A model generated the notes under the pieces. It was not told the DNA's origin. It saw only the letters and a program-made list of their open reading frames with translations, and made no database searches. The position numbers were made by a program, and so were the translations under genes. Shown here one piece after another: positions 52,349 to 61,821 of a DNA stretch of 64,000 nucleotides. The stretch is from an uncultured Verrucomicrobiae bacterium. GTDB lineage: Bacteria > Verrucomicrobiota > Verrucomicrobiia > Limisphaerales > Palsa-1400. Positions within the stretch are counted from its first letter, which is position 1; each line of letters opens with the position of its first letter. The stretch is from contig OY969763.1 in the NCBI GenBank assembly GCA_963702845.1, positions 5,472,001 through 5,536,000 on the forward strand, written 5' to 3'.

Positions 52349-53863
52349 ATGTATCATCCATCGCAAGCTGAATTCGCTGAACTCGCGAAACAAGGGAATC
52401 TGATTCCTGTGACGCGGCGCATTCTCGCGGACCTCGAAACACCGCTCTCGGCGTATCGCAAGATTCGCGGCAATGGCGAGTCGTTCCTGTTCGAATCGGT
52501 CGAAGGCGGCGAACACATCGGACGCTATTCATTCGTCGGATGCAATCCGCGCGGAATCATTCGCCAGGACGGCAACAAGGTAGAAGTGATCGAGAACGGG
52601 AAGGTGAAGGAGCGATTTACGGTCAGCCGTGAGCCGGGCGAAGGTCGCGTACGGGATGGGTTGGCCGTGATCGAGCAGGTTATGAAGGGTTATCGCCCGG
52701 TCATCGTGCCCGGCCTCCCTCGTTTCACCGGCGGCGCTGTTGGTTTTATCGGCTACGAATTTATTCACGACGTGGAACATGTTGTGCCGCGACCGCCGCA
52801 TGATGAGCTGAAAACTCCGACGATGTATTTTCTCATCGCCGATGAGCTGCTCATTTTCGATCGCGTGGCGCAGACGATTACGATTTTGGTCAATGCAGTG
52901 CTCGACGACAAAACGAAACCGGAAGATGCCTACGAGGACGCGATTGGGGAGATTGATCGTCTGGTGTCGTTACTCGAGCAGCCGTCGGAACATGTGCCGG
53001 TGAGTTTGCCGACCGAACCACCGCATGTGGATTTTCAATCCAACGTGCCGAAGCCGAAGTTTTTGGAGAATGTCCAAAACTGCAAAAAATACATCACCGC
53101 GGGCGACATCATTCAGATCGTCGGCTCGCAGCGTTTCTCCACGCCGGTTAAAGCCGCGCCACTGGACATCTATCGTGCGGCGCGGTCGATCAATCCGTCG
53201 CCATACATGTTCCTGCTGGAACTGAACGGGTTTTCGCTCGTGGGCGCATCACCAGAAATTCATGTGCGGTCCGAAGAGGGCGTCGTTGAGATTCGGCCGA
53301 TCGCCGGGACACGTCGTCGCGGCAAAACGACCGCTGAAGATGAGGCACTCGAGAAAGAGTTGCTAGCGGATCCGAAGGAGCGCGCGGAACACGTGATGCT
53401 CGTTGACCTGGCGCGAAATGATTTGGGCCGCGTTTGCGATTACGGCACCGTGCAGGTGAAGGACCTGATGATCATCGAACGTTACAGCCACGTGATGCAC
53501 ATTGTATCGCAGGTTGAAGGAAAACTTTCGGCGAACCGCACACCTTACGATTTGATGCGCGCGACGTTCCCGGCGGGCACATTGAGCGGCGCGCCGAAGA
53601 TTCGCGCGATGCAGATTATTTCTGAACTGGAACAAACGACGCGCGGGCCTTACGGCGGTTGCGTCGGATATTTTTCCTTCAACGGCAATCTCGACTGCTG
53701 CATCACCATCCGTACCGCGTTGATCAAAGACGGCAAAGCTTACGTGCAAGCCGGTGGCGGTTGGGTGAACGATTCCGAGCCGGAAGCCGAATTCCAAGAG
53801 ACCGTCAACAAAGCCAAGGCGATGCTCACCGCAGTCGCGATGGCTGAGGGCTTCTCGAAATAG
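52349..53863 (+). CDS. trpE: Anthranilate synthase component I
   Basis: FLFESVEGGE, NPSPYM, ASPE, PIAGT, KERAEHVMLVDLARND, GAPKIRAM. Confidence 0.93.
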   Translation: MYHPSQAEFAELAKQGNLIPVTRRILADLETPLSAYRKIRGNGESFLFESVEGGEHIGRYSFVGCNPRGIIRQDGNKVEVIENGKVKERFTVSREPGEGRVRDGLAVIEQVMKGYRPVIVPGLPRFTGGAVGFIGYEFIHDVEHVVPRPPHDELKTPTMYFLIADELLIFDRVAQTITILVNAVLDDKTKPEDAYEDAIGEIDRLVSLLEQPSEHVPVSLPTEPPHVDFQSNVPKPKFLENVQNCKKYITAGDIIQIVGSQRFSTPVKAAPLDIYRAARSINPSPYMFLLELNGFSLVGASPEIHVRSEEGVVEIRPIAGTRRRGKTTAEDEALEKELLADPKERAEHVMLVDLARNDLGRVCDYGTVQVKDLMIIERYSHVMHIVSQVEGKLSANRTPYDLMRATFPAGTLSGAPKIRAMQIISELEQTTRGPYGGCVGYFSFNGNLDCCITIRTALIKDGKAYVQAGGGWVNDSEPEAEFQETVNKAKAMLTAVAMAEGFSK

Positions 53864-53874
53864 CTCGCTTGAGA

Positions 53875-54513
53875 TTAGAGGTATTGGCGTCTATCAACGG
53901 CCTGGTCCAATCCTACCAACACAGTGCTGCCGGCGATCATCGGGAAGAACGACCAAAGGATCAGCACAGTCAATTGCGACAACGTCACCTCGATCACGGG
54001 CAAGATGCAAAGGAATATGACCGCTGTAATCGCCGCGCCGATAACCATGCTGCCGATGCCGAGTAAGAGCCGTACCTTTTTCGCAACGATGACGGGCAAG
54101 ATCCGCCACAAATAACAGGCCCCAATCGCGACACCAACCGTCATCACCAACGCCAGCACTCCCAAAACTTTTTCCCACGGCGTCGACGCCATGGTGCTGG
54201 AAAAGAACAAACCGTAAATTGTCATGCCCGCGTAAGTGGCGAGGCCGAAGGCGCCGATGGTCTTTTCGACCTTGTAATTGCGGAGCTTTTTCTCGAACGA
54301 CCGGTTCTTGGTGAACTCAGTTTTGATCTGAGTTGGCGAGCCCAGTTGTGCGACAGCTTTGTCAAAAGCCAGTTGGTCCGGCAACGACTGGTTTCTGTTT
54401 GCAGTAATCGCATCACGCAAGTGGCTTTCTAGTTCGGCCACCGTCTCCACGTTGACGCCGGTTCTTTGAATTTCTTCGCGCCAGAGTCCGATTGCTTGTT
54501 CGAGATTAAACAT
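53875..54513 (-). CDS. Permease-prefix-domain membrane protein 5
   Basis: MFNLEQAIGLWR...ELESHLRD...AVAQLG...EF followed by about four TM segments. Confidence 0.8.
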   Translation of the reverse strand: MFNLEQAIGLWREEIQRTGVNVETVAELESHLRDAITANRNQSLPDQLAFDKAVAQLGSPTQIKTEFTKNRSFEKKLRNYKVEKTIGAFGLATYAGMTIYGLFFSSTMASTPWEKVLGVLALVMTVGVAIGACYLWRILPVIVAKKVRLLLGIGSMVIGAAITAVIFLCILPVIEVTLSQLTVLILWSFFPMIAGSTVLVGLDQAVDRRQYL

Positions 54514-55087
54514 ATTGTTTCGGCTGTTTGTACGCGGCCCACATTCCGTAAAGGCCAATAACCGTTCCACCCGGTATCACGGGCAAGAGCAGCCAGTTTA
54601 AAACGCGACTCAATTGGCGCCCCAATTCAGGCCGGTAGCGCCGCGCAAAAAGAGTCCACACGATAAGGATCGTGTAAGCGCAGGTGATCCAAAACAGCCA
54701 TGGAATCGACCACGCGGGAAAATGTCCCATCGGCTCGTTCCACCCCTGCCCGCCAACGATTCGCCACAACGCGACACCGCAAGCAACTATCAACATGTTA
54801 TACACCGCAAATACGGCAAGCGCTGCGGTATAGACTCGATTGTGGTTCATCATACTAATGCCTTTTGTTAAACCGACTTTTGTGAATTCTGATTTGACCG
54901 CGTCTGCTCGCCCAATTTGCTTAACGGCTGCCTGGAAGGCCTGTTGAAGTTCCAGCCCGGATCGAATTCCAGCTTCAATCTCGTCGCAGAGATGACTTTC
55001 CAATTCATCAAGAACTTCGGGGTTGCAAAGGCCCGCTTTACGCATCTGGATGCGCCACTCTGCTATTGCCTGTTCGCGATCGAACAT
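54506..55087 (-). CDS. Permease-prefix-domain membrane protein 4
   Basis: MFDREQAIAEWR...ELESHL...AVKQIG...EF followed by about three TM segments. Confidence 0.8.
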   Translation of the reverse strand: MFDREQAIAEWRIQMRKAGLCNPEVLDELESHLCDEIEAGIRSGLELQQAFQAAVKQIGRADAVKSEFTKVGLTKGISMMNHNRVYTAALAVFAVYNMLIVACGVALWRIVGGQGWNEPMGHFPAWSIPWLFWITCAYTILIVWTLFARRYRPELGRQLSRVLNWLLLPVIPGGTVIGLYGMWAAYKQPKQYV

Positions 55088-55092
55088 AAGTT

Positions 55093-55569
55093 TTAGGTGC
55101 GGCTTAAGTTGTCCCCGTTCCTGCGTCCAGTTTTGAAGGCATAGACAGCCGTCGCTGCAGCGGCAAACGTAATCGTGATCCCCATGCAGAGAGGCCAAAT
55201 CTCGTCCGGTCGCCACTGGATGGCAAAATAGTTTTCCCCAGCTTGCAATGCCGCATAGTTGCGTTGTTTATGTTGGCCCAACGCAGGCAAAATGATTCCA
55301 GTGCCGATTAAAAACGCGAGGATTGCGACGCCAATTATGATTTTTCGTTTCATAGTTTGTCTTTCCACTTTCTTGAATTCGGTTCGGATAGAAACCGGAT
55401 GTCCTAGCTGTCGAACTGCGATGTCGAAAACTCTTTGATCAACATTCCCGGAACGCTCAAGTTGCTCGCGCAAGTGCAATTCCAGCTCATTCAAAGGCAC
55501 GGGGGCCTTTACTCCGGCTGTTAGCATGTGCTTGCGCCATGCTGCGATTGCTTGTTCGAGATCAAACAT
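55093..55569 (-). CDS. Permease-prefix-domain membrane protein 3
   Basis: MFDLEQAIAAWR...ELELHLRE...QLG...EF followed by two TM segments. Confidence 0.8.
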   Translation of the reverse strand: MFDLEQAIAAWRKHMLTAGVKAPVPLNELELHLREQLERSGNVDQRVFDIAVRQLGHPVSIRTEFKKVERQTMKRKIIIGVAILAFLIGTGIILPALGQHKQRNYAALQAGENYFAIQWRPDEIWPLCMGITITFAAAATAVYAFKTGRRNGDNLSRT

Positions 55570-55583
55570 GGTGTTCCTTGGGC

Positions 55584-56258
55584 TTAGTTATATTCAGGTG
55601 GAACCATTCCCCAACGCTCGCGGGCTTTACGATCCATGGACAGCGCCAGGAAGGCGCAGACACAGATCGCCATTGGAACTCCTGCCCAGACAAGCGCGAC
55701 GATCAAATTGTTAGCTGCTTCAGAGGGCGATTGGTCGATCGCATTTGTGATAACGTTCGGCAGGCCAAAGGCCGCAAGTAGTCCGAGGAGAGCTGACGTT
55801 GTCCAAGACAATCCAATCGCCCATTTACGCTGTGAGGATGAAACGTCGGGAAGATAGGGAAGTGCATAACGCCAGCCGCAGCAAACCAGGAGGACTAGCC
55901 CAATCCCAACGAAAGCAACTATCTGTTGGACGACACCCATTTGTAGTTTGAAGAAGACTAACTCGCTGCCGAAAAGCGTGGAGACGATCAACGTCAAAAG
56001 CCCGACAGAAAACCAGGACTCAAATCCGGCGCCTGTTCTTGGGCGAATTTTAGAGAATTCCTCGCGTACTTTTGGGGCCGCGCCGATTCGTTCAACCGCG
56101 CGTGAAAAAGCCAATTCAGCGTCCAGGCCGGTGCGCATCTGTTGTTCTACATCGGAACGCAAATGCTCCGTGAGTTCATCGAGGGTTGTGGAGCTTTTGA
56201 CGCCGGCAGCAAGCATTCGCCTGCGCCATTCCGAGATTTCGTTTTCGATGTTGAACAT
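55584..56258 (-). CDS. Permease-prefix-domain membrane protein 2
   Basis: MFNIENEISEWR...ELTEHLR...AVERIG...EEF followed by about four TM segments. Confidence 0.8.
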   Translation of the reverse strand: MFNIENEISEWRRRMLAAGVKSSTTLDELTEHLRSDVEQQMRTGLDAELAFSRAVERIGAAPKVREEFSKIRPRTGAGFESWFSVGLLTLIVSTLFGSELVFFKLQMGVVQQIVAFVGIGLVLLVCCGWRYALPYLPDVSSSQRKWAIGLSWTTSALLGLLAAFGLPNVITNAIDQSPSEAANNLIVALVWAGVPMAICVCAFLALSMDRKARERWGMVPPEYN

Positions 56259-56272
56259 AATCTGAGTCAAAG

Positions 56273-57346
56273 TTACGGCGCAAGTATCGCAGCAATCACT
56301 TGTTTGCCGCCAAAAATCCAGATCGCACAAGCTATGGCAATGTACGGGCCGAACGGCAGTCGAGCCGACCAATCACGACGGCGGGCAGCTATCAGACCGA
56401 CATTGACGAGAGAGCCAATTATCGAACTGACAAGCAGCGAAAAGACCACTGCCGGCCATCCTAGGAATGCGCCGATTGCCGCCATGAATTTCACATCGCC
56501 AAATCCCATTGCTTCGCGGGGTATAACCACTCCCGAAGTAGCGACCTGCAACTGTTGAAGTATTGTTGAATCGAATTTTTCATTCCCAATCTGGAGGCTT
56601 TTCGATGTCAGACGGACAGGCACGTTAACGTATGAGCGGCCCGCGAACTCGACCGCACGTGCATGTAATTCAATAGCGTCGGTTTCGCGATGAAACAAAT
56701 CTTCATAACTCATTTCATTATCCGGCAGGATCAGAGTGCTTTCCGTGAAAGTGATTTTCGTTTCTGAAAGAAAGGCTATTCGCTCGCGACCAAATGCAAG
56801 TTTGCCTGCGCGCAATATCAGATAGAGCAGCACGGCGCCAACACCCAGGCCTGTTGCGCTCTGGAGCATTCCCGCCATTAAGGTTTTTTGCTCGTGAATC
56901 TGGGGCAGAAATAGTGAGCACAGGAAACCGACAATAATGCCTCCAACAGTTATTTCATCCGGAATGATAAAACGTTTGAAATCCACCGCAGATGCGACAA
57001 TCAGCCCGGTCAAAAAAGCGCCGTAAACAATCGCAAGAGCCGGCGATTTGCCGAACAAAAACCAGCAGCTAACGAATGCACAGCCGATTAGAATCCATAC
57101 CGCCTTAAGGCGTAATGCCTGTTGCATAGGCCCGACTTTCTTAAACTCGCGTTCAAGCTCCTTCGGACATCCCATCCTCGAAACCACGACATCGAAGGCT
57201 TGTTGCGCATCGGAACAGGTCTTCATTTCTCGTTCAAAGTCGTCGCGCAAATGGCTTTCTAATTCATTGAGTGGGACCGGGCTCTTTACCCCGCCAGCCA
57301 ACATTTGCCTCCGCCATTCCGAAATTGCGCTGTCGATGTTGAACAT
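56273..57346 (-). CDS. Permease-prefix domain fused to A24 (prepilin-type) peptidase
   Basis: MFNIDSAISEWR...ELESHLRD; VDFKRFIIPD, AMGFGDVKF, LPFGPYI. Confidence 0.85.
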   Translation of the reverse strand: MFNIDSAISEWRRQMLAGGVKSPVPLNELESHLRDDFEREMKTCSDAQQAFDVVVSRMGCPKELEREFKKVGPMQQALRLKAVWILIGCAFVSCWFLFGKSPALAIVYGAFLTGLIVASAVDFKRFIIPDEITVGGIIVGFLCSLFLPQIHEQKTLMAGMLQSATGLGVGAVLLYLILRAGKLAFGRERIAFLSETKITFTESTLILPDNEMSYEDLFHRETDAIELHARAVEFAGRSYVNVPVRLTSKSLQIGNEKFDSTILQQLQVATSGVVIPREAMGFGDVKFMAAIGAFLGWPAVVFSLLVSSIIGSLVNVGLIAARRRDWSARLPFGPYIAIACAIWIFGGKQVIAAILAP

Positions 57347-57366
57347 AAATGGATTCGTTTAAGTGC

Positions 57367-57714
57367 TCACGCTTTGCCGGGCATTGGGTCTTGTCCGCCC
57401 CAGAGCTCGCTGAGCACGGATGAAATCACCGACCACTGTTCCTGTTTTTGTTTGAGGGCTTTTTTGCCGTCATTTTTCAGCGAGTAGTATTTGCGCTTGC
57501 GGCCGGTTTCGACTTCGACCCAGCGCGATTTAATCCAGCCGTTTTGTTCCATGCGATGGAGGACGGGGTAGAGCATGCCGTCGGTCCATTCGATCTTTTC
57601 GCCGGAGAGACGTTTGACTTCCTGGATGAGAGCGTAGCCGTAACTTTCGCCTTTGGCTAACAGGGACAAAATCAGAGGTTCGGTGGAGGCTGCAACTAAT
57701 TCCTTAGCTAACAT
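57367..57714 (-). CDS. PadR-family transcriptional regulator
   Basis: LILSLL..GESYGY.LI...GMLYPVLHRME..GWI.S.W...RKRKYY.L...GK. Confidence 0.93.
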   Translation of the reverse strand: MLAKELVAASTEPLILSLLAKGESYGYALIQEVKRLSGEKIEWTDGMLYPVLHRMEQNGWIKSRWVEVETGRKRKYYSLKNDGKKALKQKQEQWSVISSVLSELWGGQDPMPGKA

Positions 57715-57720
57715 AGGAGC

Positions 57721-57750
57721 ACTATACATTGTGAGGCTATGTATTGTCAA
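57721..57750 (-). promoter_or_regulatory. sigma70 promoter with overlapping palindromic operator for padR
   Basis: Minus strand TTGACA-18 nt-TATAGT, 6 nt before ATG; ATACAT-N9-ATGTAT palindrome at 57724-57744. Confidence 0.75.
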
Positions 57751-57772
57751 CACCTGTTTTTTGACAGCATTG

Positions 57773-59794
57773 TTAAGGAGATTTTTCGAGGCGTTCGAGC
57801 ATCGCGCGCGCGACGTTGCCCGCGGGATCAACGTGTGAGCGATCGTTGATTTCGACAGCGTTTCGGAGCAGCGCGATGGCTTCGGATTTTTGACCTTTCT
57901 TGATGAGGATGTCGGCCATTTGCTGTTGCGTCCAATAGGCGGCGAGGTCGCTGGGGAAACATTGCAGCGTGCGTTGAAACTCCTGCAGGGCCTGATCGGT
58001 TTTGCCGGATTGGGAGAGCGCGAGGGCGTAGTTGTAACGCGTATCGGCGAGGTTCGGTTCGTAGCGCAAGGCTTCTTCGTATTGAGAAATTGCTTCGGCC
58101 ATTTTGCCCTGTTTCTTGAGTGTGTTGGCGAGGTTGCAGTGGGCAAGGGCGTTTTCCGGTTGCAGTTCGATGGCCAATTGAAATTCCTTCACGGCATCGT
58201 CCAGCTTATTCATGTCGAGATACGCGTTGGCGAGGATGACGTGGGCATTGGCCATGCCGGGCATGATCGCGAGCGTCTCTTTCAAATGATCGATGGCCTC
58301 CTGATTCTTGCGGTTTGCCTCGTCTGATTTGCCACTGGCGCGCAAATGATCTCCTTCACTGTTCAAGATGGCCGCGAGGGCGCTGTGGACGAACCAGTTG
58401 TTTTTCGTGACGCTCAACGTGTGTTTGCAGAGTGTTTCGCCGGATTGCCAGTAGCTGACTTGTTGGTGGGCAACGGCGGCGAGGGTGGCTGTTGCCGCGA
58501 TGGCGAAAACTGCGATTGCAATCTGGATCGCGCGCCGTGTGTTAATCGTGAGTTCGCGTTTGGCGAAAAATCCTTTCAGCAAATCCGCCGCTCCGAACGC
58601 GACCATTATGAAGATGCCGATCGAAGGAATGTAGGTGTAACGATCGGCGCGGGCTTGTCCGCCGACTTGCACGATTCCAATCACCGGCACCAGCGTTACG
58701 AGATACCAGAGCCAGCCGACTAATAGATATGGACGCGAGCGCATATGCCAGAGCGTCGCGACGGTGATCGAGCCAAGGATGGCGAGGCTGCCGAGGACGT
58801 CGGAAGTTTGCCAGTTGTAGGCTTCGTGCGGGTAATAGTGCGCCAGATTGTGCGGGTAAAACATGTCCGCGAGGTAGATAACGTAGGTGACGATGGCGTT
58901 GTTGATGCGATTGGTGAAAAGGATGCGACTGGAAATTGCTCCGCCGCTTCCTTGCGCGAGGACAACGGCAATGCTCGCGCCTACGGCCATGAGAATAAAT
59001 GGGATCTTCTCGGCGACCAAACGTGGGAGCGACCGGAGGCTGAGGTTCAGGTTTGTGTTGCGATTTAGGTAGAAGCGGTTGAGCGGCCACGCGTCGAGCA
59101 GCAGAAAGAGAATGGGGGCGGAGACGAGCATTTGCTTGGACATGAGGCCGCATGCATAGGAAAGGGCGGTGAGGATGTAGAAAATGATTTTGCGGCTGGT
59201 GCGTTCGCTGACGGCGTATTTGGCGTAGGCGCAGAGTGTCAGCAGTAGAAAAAATGTGCTCAGGACGTCTTTTCGTTCGGCAACCCAGGCGACGGATTCG
59301 ACGTGCAATGGGTGAATGGCGAACAAGGCGGCGACGAATGCGCTGGGCCAAAGTTGGCGCGTCATTTTGTGCAGCAGGCCGAACAACAGCACGACGGTGG
59401 CGCTGTGGAGCAGCAAGTTCATCAAATGATGCCCGCCAGTGCCGTGGATTTGGCCGGGGAGCAGGCCGAAGTATTCGCAGTCGGCCATGTGCGAGAGCCA
59501 GGTGAGCGGATGCCAGTTGGCAGCGTAGCCGATATTGAACGCCCAACGAAATGTTTCCCAGGTCAGGCCGGAGCGGACGTGCGTGTTCAGAACGACGTAG
59601 TCGGGATCGTCGATGTCGAGCAGAGGGAAATGCGTCGTTTGCCAGTAAACGGCAAACGTGGTGGCGATCAGGGCGACAGCGAGGGCGTAAAATTGCCAAC
59701 TAAAATGTACGGCTGCAATGGGCTCGGTAGCGGGAATCGCGGTGGCACGCGGTTGTTCGCGGATAACTTTGAAGCGTCTGCCCATTCCCGCCAT
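57773..59794 (-). CDS. TMTC-like membrane protein (GT-C-type region plus TPR), paralog of 36743-38827
   Basis: DDPDYV, NWHPLT, HPLHVESVAWVAERKDVL, ADRYTYIP, TPRs. Confidence 0.85.
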   Translation of the reverse strand: MAGMGRRFKVIREQPRATAIPATEPIAAVHFSWQFYALAVALIATTFAVYWQTTHFPLLDIDDPDYVVLNTHVRSGLTWETFRWAFNIGYAANWHPLTWLSHMADCEYFGLLPGQIHGTGGHHLMNLLLHSATVVLLFGLLHKMTRQLWPSAFVAALFAIHPLHVESVAWVAERKDVLSTFFLLLTLCAYAKYAVSERTSRKIIFYILTALSYACGLMSKQMLVSAPILFLLLDAWPLNRFYLNRNTNLNLSLRSLPRLVAEKIPFILMAVGASIAVVLAQGSGGAISSRILFTNRINNAIVTYVIYLADMFYPHNLAHYYPHEAYNWQTSDVLGSLAILGSITVATLWHMRSRPYLLVGWLWYLVTLVPVIGIVQVGGQARADRYTYIPSIGIFIMVAFGAADLLKGFFAKRELTINTRRAIQIAIAVFAIAATATLAAVAHQQVSYWQSGETLCKHTLSVTKNNWFVHSALAAILNSEGDHLRASGKSDEANRKNQEAIDHLKETLAIMPGMANAHVILANAYLDMNKLDDAVKEFQLAIELQPENALAHCNLANTLKKQGKMAEAISQYEEALRYEPNLADTRYNYALALSQSGKTDQALQEFQRTLQCFPSDLAAYWTQQQMADILIKKGQKSEAIALLRNAVEINDRSHVDPAGNVARAMLERLEKSP

Positions 59795-59802
59795 TCTACT
59801 TG

Positions 59803-60016
59803 AAAAAAGCGGTAAAAAACTACTGCTAACTGGTGCTAAGTGGTGCGAACTACTGCTAAGTAGTGCTAAAAATCGGGAAGATTTAGCACCCGTTTCGCGC
59901 CCGCTTTGCAGTAGTGGTCGCAGCAATAAAAAGGGAAAAAAACTACCGCGACCTGGTGCGACTGAGTGCGACCCAGTGCGCTTTTTAGTCCAGTTGTCGC
60001 ACCCGAGTCGCAGTAG
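59803..60016 (-). repeat. Two tandem CTACTGC...GCAGTAG elements (copies B and C, 10-nt units)
   Basis: Plus-strand units ctactgctaa/ctggtgctaa/gtggtgcgaa... (59820-59869) and ctaccgcgac/ctggtgcgac/tgagtgcgac... (59943-59982), each followed by GCACCCG and GCAGTAG. Confidence 0.75.
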
Positions 60017-60214
60017 CGTTCGCCCCCGGTTGCTCTAGAAAAATTTGCATTCATGATGCGATCCTAAGCGACTGCACCAACTGAAGCTTCTTAGTGACCG
60101 GCGGATTTTATTAAGAAACGAACAGAGCGGTCGGTGAACCTCCTTGCTTGATTTTCCGCGTTGTCAAAGGTCTGGGTTAGGTCTCCAATGAGCCGTGCTT
60201 GCGAGTCCAAACCC

Positions 60215-61705
60215 ATGACAGGTAAGAGAATCATTTTGAGGAGCGGCGTCGCGTTCGTTTTCTTTGCTGCATGTCTGAACGTTGCCGCAGACGATTTCAC
60301 AAATGTCGTTTACGCCTTTTTGCAGCGGCGTGTTGAGGTTGAAAAGCGGGACATTAGTATTGTCGTTGGTCTGGTTGATGAGCAGGGGATGAAGGTGGTG
60401 AGTTGCGGAAAACTGGAGAACGGTTCGGACCAGCGCGTTGATGGTGATACAGTATTCGAGATCGGTTCGGTCACAAAGACGTTTACTGCGCTGTTGCTCG
60501 CGGACATGGTGGAACGCGGGGAAATGAAACTGGACGATGCCGTGGCGAAGTATCTGCCGGCTTCAGCGAAGTTGCCGATTCGCAACGGGAAAGAAATCAC
60601 GTTGCTACAATTGGCAACGCACACTTCCAGCCTCCCTGGCACGAGCGTGACGTGGGTGCCGAAACGCGCTGAAAATCCACGCGCCGATTATACGATAGCG
60701 AGGTTGTATGACTTTGCGTCGAACTGCAAATTGACGCGTGATCCCGGAACGAAATACGAGTATTCCACTGCTGGTATAGCGTTGCTGGGTGAGGCAATCG
60801 CACGGACGTCTGGAACAAATTATGAAGCGCTCGTGCAGGATCGCATTTGTGGTCCTTTGGGAATGGAAAGCACGCGTGTATCTCTTCCGCCACAACTTAA
60901 GAACAGACGTGCCGTCGGCCATAATTACTATGGATACGCCGTTCCTGAAACGTATTGGGGCGCGCTGATGGCTGGCGCTGCGCTGCGTTCGACTGCGAAT
61001 GATTTACTGAAGTACATCGCCGCGCAGATTGGAATGACAAAGTCTCGCCTGACGCCGGCGATTGAAAAAACGCATGTTTCCTATTTCAATGCGCATATGG
61101 ACACGGAGACTGGGCTGGAGACAGACATGGGGCTGGCCTGGATGATTGCGCACCAGTCGAACGGGAAAAGAATCGTTCAGCACGGCGGCCTGACGGACGG
61201 TTTCATTGCAGATGTTTGTTTTGATTTGGAACGGCGTCGAGGCGTCGTGGTCTTGTGCAACTCGCAAGATTTCGAGTTGTACAAACTCAGCAAACTTTTG
61301 CTCGCTAGCGACTGGCATTCGGCATCGCCAGCCACATTGGCTCTTTCCACAAAACCCTTCATTCCGTCAAAACCATGCGTCTCGACGCGCTTGGACACAA
61401 AGTCACTCAACGCCGTCACTGGCGACTATGCATTTAAACCTAGTGCAGCATTTCCAGCCGGTGCGAGTTTTAAAATTCGTTGTGAGACAGATACCCTGGT
61501 TGGGGAAGCCACAGGGCAGAACACGCCACAAGGCGCATTCGACGTTTTTGCGGAATCCGAGACAAATTTTTTCCTTAAGATTAACGGTGCTCAATTAACT
61601 TTTACAAAAGACAGCGGCGGAAAAACTTCCGGCGTTATCTACCGTAGTTATCGAGGGAAGTTTCCGGATTGTGAGGGGAGAAGGATTCCCGACCGGCGGA
61701 ATTGA
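60215..61705 (+). CDS. Serine hydrolase (beta-lactamase class C/PBP-like) with C-terminal DUF3471-like domain
   Basis: FEIGSVTK (SxxK), LATHTSSLP, YEYST, HGG. Confidence 0.88.
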   Translation: MTGKRIILRSGVAFVFFAACLNVAADDFTNVVYAFLQRRVEVEKRDISIVVGLVDEQGMKVVSCGKLENGSDQRVDGDTVFEIGSVTKTFTALLLADMVERGEMKLDDAVAKYLPASAKLPIRNGKEITLLQLATHTSSLPGTSVTWVPKRAENPRADYTIARLYDFASNCKLTRDPGTKYEYSTAGIALLGEAIARTSGTNYEALVQDRICGPLGMESTRVSLPPQLKNRRAVGHNYYGYAVPETYWGALMAGAALRSTANDLLKYIAAQIGMTKSRLTPAIEKTHVSYFNAHMDTETGLETDMGLAWMIAHQSNGKRIVQHGGLTDGFIADVCFDLERRRGVVVLCNSQDFELYKLSKLLLASDWHSASPATLALSTKPFIPSKPCVSTRLDTKSLNAVTGDYAFKPSAAFPAGASFKIRCETDTLVGEATGQNTPQGAFDVFAESETNFFLKINGAQLTFTKDSGGKTSGVIYRSYRGKFPDCEGRRIPDRRN

Positions 61706-61821
61706 CCCGTCACGTTTGAAGAAGCTTTCCACGCAAAGACGCCAGCATCCGACCTATTTTACTTCAATTAGCTACTTTGCTTAGACAAAATCGGCGGTGA
61801 GGAACGTCTTTCACCGAACAC

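Noticed and set aside
53875..57346. Integron cassette array
   Set aside because: Intergenic gaps are too short for attC sites, genes share a domain, and no integrase is present
57715..58146. N-terminal extension of PadR in the ORF track
   Set aside because: Overlaps the TPR gene in another frame; the promoter supports the ATG at 57714
61784..61809. ECF autoregulatory promoter (GACAAA...CGTC)
   Set aside because: Plausible, but a single short instance with no independent support
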